Positions 59,059 through 64,000 of a DNA stretch of 64,000 nt are shown piece after piece. Source of the stretch: Candidatus Omnitrophota bacterium (lineage in GTDB: Bacteria > Omnitrophota > Gorgyraeia > Zapsychrales > Zapsychraceae); the NCBI GenBank assembly GCA_016214285.1, contig JACROV010000079.1, forward strand, positions 6,855-70,854, read 5' to 3'. The notes beneath the pieces are model-generated. The model did no database searches and was not told the DNA's origin. It saw only the letters and a list, made by a program, of their open reading frames with translations. Positions within the stretch are counted from its first letter, which is position 1. Each line of letters begins with the position of its first letter. The translations under genes and the position numbers were made by a program.

Positions 59059-61287
59059 TTGAACCTTCTTAAATACAAAGTTTTGGCTTTCCCAATGATC
59101 GACCTCTGGCTTCTGAGGGCCGTTACCGGCATCAGCGCCTTTTTGTTATTTCAGATAGAATTGATCATCGCCAAAATATTTTTGCCGTATTATGGGGGCA
59201 GTTATCTGGTGTGGGGGGCCTGTGTCGTGTTCTTCCAGGCGGCGTTGTTGGCCGGGTATCTTTTCGCCCATGGGCTTATTCAAAAATATGGCATGCGGCG
59301 GTACCGTTGGGTGCATCTTTTTTTGATCTTTTTACCGTTGTTATTTTTCCCGGGGCGGCCGCTGGCCGCGGGGCCCTCGGGATATTCTCTGCCGCTGGCC
59401 CTGGATGTTTTTTTGCGGCTGTGCGCGACGATCGGCCCGGTCTTTTTCGTCCTCTCGACGGTCAGCATCACCTCTCAAATGTGGCTTTCCTCGTCCTCGC
59501 TTTCTTCAAAGTTTAATCCTTATGCGCTGTATTCGGTATCCAACTTCGGGTCCTTCGCGGCCTTATTGAGTTATCCCTTTGTCTTCGAGGCATATTGGGA
59601 CATTTCCCAGCAACTGCAGTTCTGGTCCGTCCTTTATCTTGTGTTCGCTGGATTGAGTGTCTGGGCAGGGCAAAAAATAAGAATAAAAGAAAAGGTGGTT
59701 GCTCCAGACCAAGCTGATGGAGAGACAGGACCATCCCGGAAAGTCCAATGGTTCTTGCTGGGGTTAGCGGGGGTGATGGTGTTCCTTTCCGTTAACAACA
59801 TCATCACCAACGAGATCGTCCCTGTGCCGTTGTTATGGATCATGCCGCTGGGGTTATATTTGTTGTCCTTTGTCCTTAATTTCCGCGAAAGGGCCTGGTG
59901 CCCGGCGTGGATCGTCCGGTATATCCCGTTCTGGCTGGGCATCGCGGCGGTCATGTTTTTTCTTGTGGAAGAAAAAATATTCCCCATACCCGTCTCTTTA
60001 ATTTTGTTGTGCGGTATCCAGTTCATTTTGTGCATGTATTGCCAGAACCGGCTGATTTCGTTAAGGCCGCGCGACGACCGGCACCTGACATTCTTTTATG
60101 TCATGTTCTCTTTCGGAGGGTTTGTCGGCGGGGTATTGACTGCCTGGTTCATCCCGGTAGTCTCTTATTCGATTATCGAATATCTGATCGGGCTTGTGGT
60201 CATAGCCGCGACGCTGGTATTCGAGGAGAGAAGGTTTTCGTTGCGCTGGCGGCACATCCTGTGGACCGTCGCTTTGGTCGCCGCCGTCATAACGTGGCCG
60301 ACATGGTATCCCCGGTATAACTTTTGGTGTTTGTTGATGGTGTTGATGTTGTTCCGGCTTGTGTTCTGTTCTGCCTTTAAAGGCGCTCCCGCGGCGGTGG
60401 TTTTGAGCCTGGTCCTCTTGGGGGGAATCGCGTATTATCCGCTGGACCAGTTCAACACATCCAGGATCGTGCAGATCAAAAGAAATTACTATGGCATAAG
60501 CAAGGTCCTTGACTCCAATGGCATCCGCAGCCTGGTTCACGGCGAGACCCTGCACGGCGCCCAGTATCTCGCGCCAGACGAGAGGAATCATCCGCTCACA
60601 TATTACAGTCTCCCGATGCCGATAGGAGAGATCCTCTCTTCAGATGTTTTTTTCTTCTCGCGCATCGGTCTTGTCGGGTTAGGGACGGGGGCGTTATCCG
60701 CGTACGGGAAGCCGCACCAAACCCTGGATTTTTACGAGCTGGACCCGGACATATATATCATTGCCAACCAGTACTTCACGTATTTACGGGATTCCGCGGC
60801 CAAGATCAATTTTATTATCGGAGACGCCCGTCTCTCGCTGGAAAAAGATAAAATGGCGCGTTATGACCTGCTGATCGTGGATGCTTTCGGGGGCGACAGC
60901 ATCCCTTTTCATCTTCTGACGAAGGAAGCGATATCCCTTTACCGCGAGCGCCTTAGCAGCGCCGGGATTTTGATGTTCCATGTCAGTAATCGTTATTTGG
61001 AGCTAAGGAGCGTCCTGGCGAATGCAGGCGCTTCGCTGGACGCTCATGTCGGGTTTAAGGTCGGCAAAGACTCATCTTTGATCGACATCGTGTCCACCTG
61101 GGTCGTGATCACCTGGGATGACGCTTCGTTCGCGACCTTGCGCTCCGGGTTCGGTTGGAAAGAACTGACCCCGGGCGCCTTTGGCAAGACGCGCCTTTGG
61201 ACCGACCGTTATATCAATATCCTCCCCACGATAAAACTTCAGCAGTTTTTGGAATCCATTAAATCTTTTACGCCGTTTAGCTGGTAG
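59059..61287 (+). CDS. Multi-TM membrane protein fused to a spermidine-synthase-like SAM-dependent domain
   Basis: Many TMs, RNYYG, HGETLHGAQ, VGLGTG, GDAR, DAF..D.IP.HL.T.EA, HVSNR. Confidence 0.82.
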   Translation: MNLLKYKVLAFPMIDLWLLRAVTGISAFLLFQIELIIAKIFLPYYGGSYLVWGACVVFFQAALLAGYLFAHGLIQKYGMRRYRWVHLFLIFLPLLFFPGRPLAAGPSGYSLPLALDVFLRLCATIGPVFFVLSTVSITSQMWLSSSSLSSKFNPYALYSVSNFGSFAALLSYPFVFEAYWDISQQLQFWSVLYLVFAGLSVWAGQKIRIKEKVVAPDQADGETGPSRKVQWFLLGLAGVMVFLSVNNIITNEIVPVPLLWIMPLGLYLLSFVLNFRERAWCPAWIVRYIPFWLGIAAVMFFLVEEKIFPIPVSLILLCGIQFILCMYCQNRLISLRPRDDRHLTFFYVMFSFGGFVGGVLTAWFIPVVSYSIIEYLIGLVVIAATLVFEERRFSLRWRHILWTVALVAAVITWPTWYPRYNFWCLLMVLMLFRLVFCSAFKGAPAAVVLSLVLLGGIAYYPLDQFNTSRIVQIKRNYYGISKVLDSNGIRSLVHGETLHGAQYLAPDERNHPLTYYSLPMPIGEILSSDVFFFSRIGLVGLGTGALSAYGKPHQTLDFYELDPDIYIIANQYFTYLRDSAAKINFIIGDARLSLEKDKMARYDLLIVDAFGGDSIPFHLLTKEAISLYRERLSSAGILMFHVSNRYLELRSVLANAGASLDAHVGFKVGKDSSLIDIVSTWVVITWDDASFATLRSGFGWKELTPGAFGKTRLWTDRYINILPTIKLQQFLESIKSFTPFSW

Positions 61288-61301
61288 GCAGGAGTGATCT
61301 G

Positions 61302-62870
61302 TTGTTCTCTGGAAAATATCCATTGGTACGAATACTTTTCTTGAACGCTTTGTCCGCGGGGCTGCTCATTTTGGCGTTCCCCCAAACGGATATCTGGCCC
61401 TTGGCCTGGATCGGGCTTGTTCCTTTGTTGCGCGGTCTGGACGGGCAAACGCCGGCGCGCGCGTTCGCTCGCGCGTATTTGTGCGGCATCCTTTTTTTTG
61501 CCGGGACGCTTTACTGGCTGATCCATGTGACGTTACCGGGAATGGTTTTGCTGGCCGCGTACCTTGCCGTCTATTTCGGCCTCTTCGGGGCTGGATATAA
61601 TTTTCTTGCCGGATCAAAAACAGCCTGGAAACCCTTCGGTATCGCCGGCCTGTGGACGCTTTTGGAATTCACCCGGGCGCATTTCTTGACCGGGTTTGGG
61701 TGGGCCAGCCTGGGGTATTCGCAATACAAAAATCTTTTGTTCATTCAGATCGCGGACTTGACGGGCGTTTACGGGGTGTCGTTTTTGGTCGTGCTGATCA
61801 ATTGTTTCTTGAAAGAAATTCTTGAACTTGTTCTTGCTCAAAAACGTTTCGGCAAAAGCGTGTTAGTTTTATCGTTGCGCGTTCCTGTCATCGTGCTGGT
61901 GCTGGTGTCGGGATACGGTATATCGCGGTTAACGCAGTTGCGTCAGACCACGGCAACACCGGGTGTTGCCGTGGTTCCCCAGGCCTCGATCGCGGTCATC
62001 CAGGCGAACATCCCGCAGTCGATGAAATGGTATGAACCCGCCTGGCCGGACATCATGGCGCGTTACAAGATCCTTACCGGGGCCGCGGCAAAAGAGAAGC
62101 CGGATCTGATCATCTGGCCGGAAACATCTTATCCCGGGATATTATGGGAAGATAAGAAATTATTTGACGAGCTGCGGGGTTTCGTCGCGCGGCTGGGTGT
62201 CCCGCTTTTGGTCGGCTCGATCGTGCGCGAGAACGGCCATTACTATAATACCGCCATTTTGTTATCAAAAGACGGGGAGATCCTTCAGCAATATAAAAAG
62301 ATCCATCTGGTGCCCTTCGGAGAATATATTCCGTTACGTCCTTTATTTCCCTTTTTAGAACATATTGTGCCCATCGCGGATTTTACGGCCGGCGGAGAGT
62401 ACACCGTTTTTGATTTTCCGCAAAAGGAGGGCGCCAAAGCCAAGGGTGGCGGGAGATCTTTTTCCGTTCTGATCTGTTTTGAGGATACGCTCGCGGGGCT
62501 CACGCGGCAATTCGTCCGGCAGGGGGCGGGACTTTTGGTCAACATGACCAACGACGCCTGGTTTAAGGATACCAAAGAGCCGTTCATGCACGCGCAGGCG
62601 TCGGTTTTCCGAAGCGTAGAGAACCGGCGGTCGCTGGTACGCGCCGCCAACACGGGGGTGAGCTGTTCTATCGACGCCTCCGGGCGTGTGGTCCAGGCCG
62701 TAGCGGATGAGCGCGGCAAGAAAACCTATGTGGCGGGATACGCGATCATGAAGGTCCGGTTTGACCGGCAAAAAACTTTTTATACGCGCTACGGAGATGT
62801 TTTTATAATGGGTTGTTGCGCGTGTCTGTTATGGGCGGCCGTCCGCAGGAGAAGGATCTTCAAACGGTAA
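61302..62870 (+). CDS. lnt: Apolipoprotein N-acyltransferase
   Basis: WPET, K.HLVPFGEY, LICFED, TNDAWF, RAANTGVS. Confidence 0.95.
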   Translation: MFSGKYPLVRILFLNALSAGLLILAFPQTDIWPLAWIGLVPLLRGLDGQTPARAFARAYLCGILFFAGTLYWLIHVTLPGMVLLAAYLAVYFGLFGAGYNFLAGSKTAWKPFGIAGLWTLLEFTRAHFLTGFGWASLGYSQYKNLLFIQIADLTGVYGVSFLVVLINCFLKEILELVLAQKRFGKSVLVLSLRVPVIVLVLVSGYGISRLTQLRQTTATPGVAVVPQASIAVIQANIPQSMKWYEPAWPDIMARYKILTGAAAKEKPDLIIWPETSYPGILWEDKKLFDELRGFVARLGVPLLVGSIVRENGHYYNTAILLSKDGEILQQYKKIHLVPFGEYIPLRPLFPFLEHIVPIADFTAGGEYTVFDFPQKEGAKAKGGGRSFSVLICFEDTLAGLTRQFVRQGAGLLVNMTNDAWFKDTKEPFMHAQASVFRSVENRRSLVRAANTGVSCSIDASGRVVQAVADERGKKTYVAGYAIMKVRFDRQKTFYTRYGDVFIMGCCACLLWAAVRRRRIFKR

Positions 62871-62887
62871 AGAATCCGGCAGTGTTT

Positions 62888-62997
62888 TTGTTGTTCCTCA
62901 AGATGGCTGATGAGCAGAGGCTGGCCGCCGATCAAAAAGCCTTCGTTAATTCCGACTTCGACAGGCTATTTTGAAACGTGCTTTTGAAGGAAATTGA
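62888..62997 (+). pseudogene. Collapsed remnant of a second type I R-M locus (hsdM and hsdS fragments)
   Basis: 62888-62917 reads LLFLKMADEQ (HsdM N-terminal motif). 62953-62997 reads RLRQAILKRAFEGN* (HsdS C-terminal motif). Confidence 0.6.
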
Positions 62998-63080
62998 GCT
63001 ATATGAGGACTAATTTGGAATAATATTGCAGTTAGTGTAAATATAAATTAGCACTATTTATAATAAAATGTGAACTGCTA

Positions 63081-63109
63081 TTGACATAATTAAATTATCC
63101 TGTTATTCT
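63081..63109 (+). promoter_or_regulatory. Sigma70 promoter
   Basis: TTGACA-17-TATTCT, ending 6 bp before ATG 63116 (possibly leaderless). Confidence 0.65.
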
Positions 63110-63115
63110 TAAATC

Positions 63116-64000
63116 ATGAAGAAAGACTCAATTCTCCCAACCGAGGCCGAGATATTACATGCTCTGCGAGACATCAATCCTTTTTGGATCAATAAGGATT
63201 GGCCAGATCTTCCTGCAATTCGTCGATATCCATTTTACAGTGCCATTAGCTATCTACAGGAACTTGGCTCGCAGAGAGCTATATTTTTTAGAGGATTTAG
63301 AGGCGTTGGAAAATCAACGTTGTTGCGACAGATGGGAGTTTGGCTTAGAAATGAACAAGAAATTAAAGCCTGGAATATTGTTTATGTCGATTTTGAAAAA
63401 CGGCCTTTGCGGCAGATCCCGTGGAACGTTTGGTTTAATACTTGGGAAAAGGAACTCAAGCCTTCTGAAGGCTTGGTTTATTTTCTTCTGGACGAAATTC
63501 AATACGCGGATGGCTGGGTCCAGGAAGTGCGGTCGTTGCTCGTTAACCCTCGATATCGAATTGTTGCCACCGGGAGCGCGGCGGCGGAAATCCAGACCGC
63601 GCTGGATCAGGAAGTCCGTCGCTGGATATCCCTTCATGTGCCGGCTCTGCTTTTTCATGAGTACCTGCTTATTTTTCATCCTCAAGAATACGCAAAAATC
63701 GAAAATGATATCCTTAAAGGACAGGTGTTTTTTGAGAAAGGGATTTTTGACGCGGCAGAGATGGGCCGTGTTTTTGATACATTAAAGGACCTTTTTAAAA
63801 ACTATCTTTTGCGCGGAGGTTTTCCAGAAGTTGCAAAAACAAAATTGAGCCTTCCGGAGGTCCAGCGAGTTCTCACCGATGTCGTCGACAAAGCGCTTTA
63901 CCAGGATATGAGAACCCAGTTCTCCCGGCAGGACATTGAAAATCTTGAGCGACTTCTTGAGTATGTTTGTCGGAACCCCGGCGTTTTACTGGATAAATCC
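63116..64000 (+). CDS. AAA_14 family ATPase (runs off the window; absent from the ORF track)
   Basis: Hand translation: INPFW, GFRGVGKST, FLLDEIQ, VATGS, YLLRGGFPE. Confidence 0.85.
   Translation, partial: MKKDSILPTEAEILHALRDINPFWINKDWPDLPAIRRYPFYSAISYLQELGSQRAIFFRGFRGVGKSTLLRQMGVWLRNEQEIKAWNIVYVDFEKRPLRQIPWNVWFNTWEKELKPSEGLVYFLLDEIQYADGWVQEVRSLLVNPRYRIVATGSAAAEIQTALDQEVRRWISLHVPALLFHEYLLIFHPQEYAKIENDILKGQVFFEKGIFDAAEMGRVFDTLKDLFKNYLLRGGFPEVAKTKLSLPEVQRVLTDVVDKALYQDMRTQFSRQDIENLERLLEYVCRNPGVLLDKS

Noticed and set aside
63159-63785. 208-aa ORF in the track
   Set aside because: Out-of-frame shadow of the AAA_14 ATPase that starts at 63116.

Overview
Bacterial chromosomal window from a diderm organism. 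The gene order is compatible with Omnitrophota/PVC, but that is inference. Nearly all genes are on the + strand. Housekeeping backbone: clpC(partial)-AsmA-like-mlaEFD-radA-PIN/TRAM-ispDF-cysE-cysS-tmk-holB-ricT, metG-mtnA-thiL-tsaE-tsaB-alr-ABC-F, lptG/lptF/comF (- strand), radC, prfB (programmed +1 frameshift), secA and lnt. Four accessory regions interrupt it. (i) 14.0-18.6 kb: a TA/nucleotidyltransferase hotspot between ricT and metG. (ii) 27.4-37.7 kb: a nitrite/nitrate-assimilation cluster under ANTAR-type attenuators, with a nonsense-mutated second ABC ATPase and no nitrate reductase. (iii) 41.8-52.9 kb: a type I R-M defence island with Fic, an IS4-disrupted DUF3800 gene plus a structured RNA array, a MITE and a SIR2-like gene. 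(iv) 57.4-59 kb and 62.9-64 kb: AAA-ATPase/MNT genes and remnants. The most striking unexplained signal is a family of arrays of 24-bp palindromes (AATTC-N14-GAATT) whose cores differ in sequence yet stay self-complementary; these arrays separate the accessory genes. Other highlights: cassettes bounded by duplicated gene termini; a palindrome read in frame as TATPGVA in both Alr and Lnt; and a covarying ~300-nt structured element in two full copies plus one partial copy. No CRISPR-Cas, tRNA or rRNA was found.
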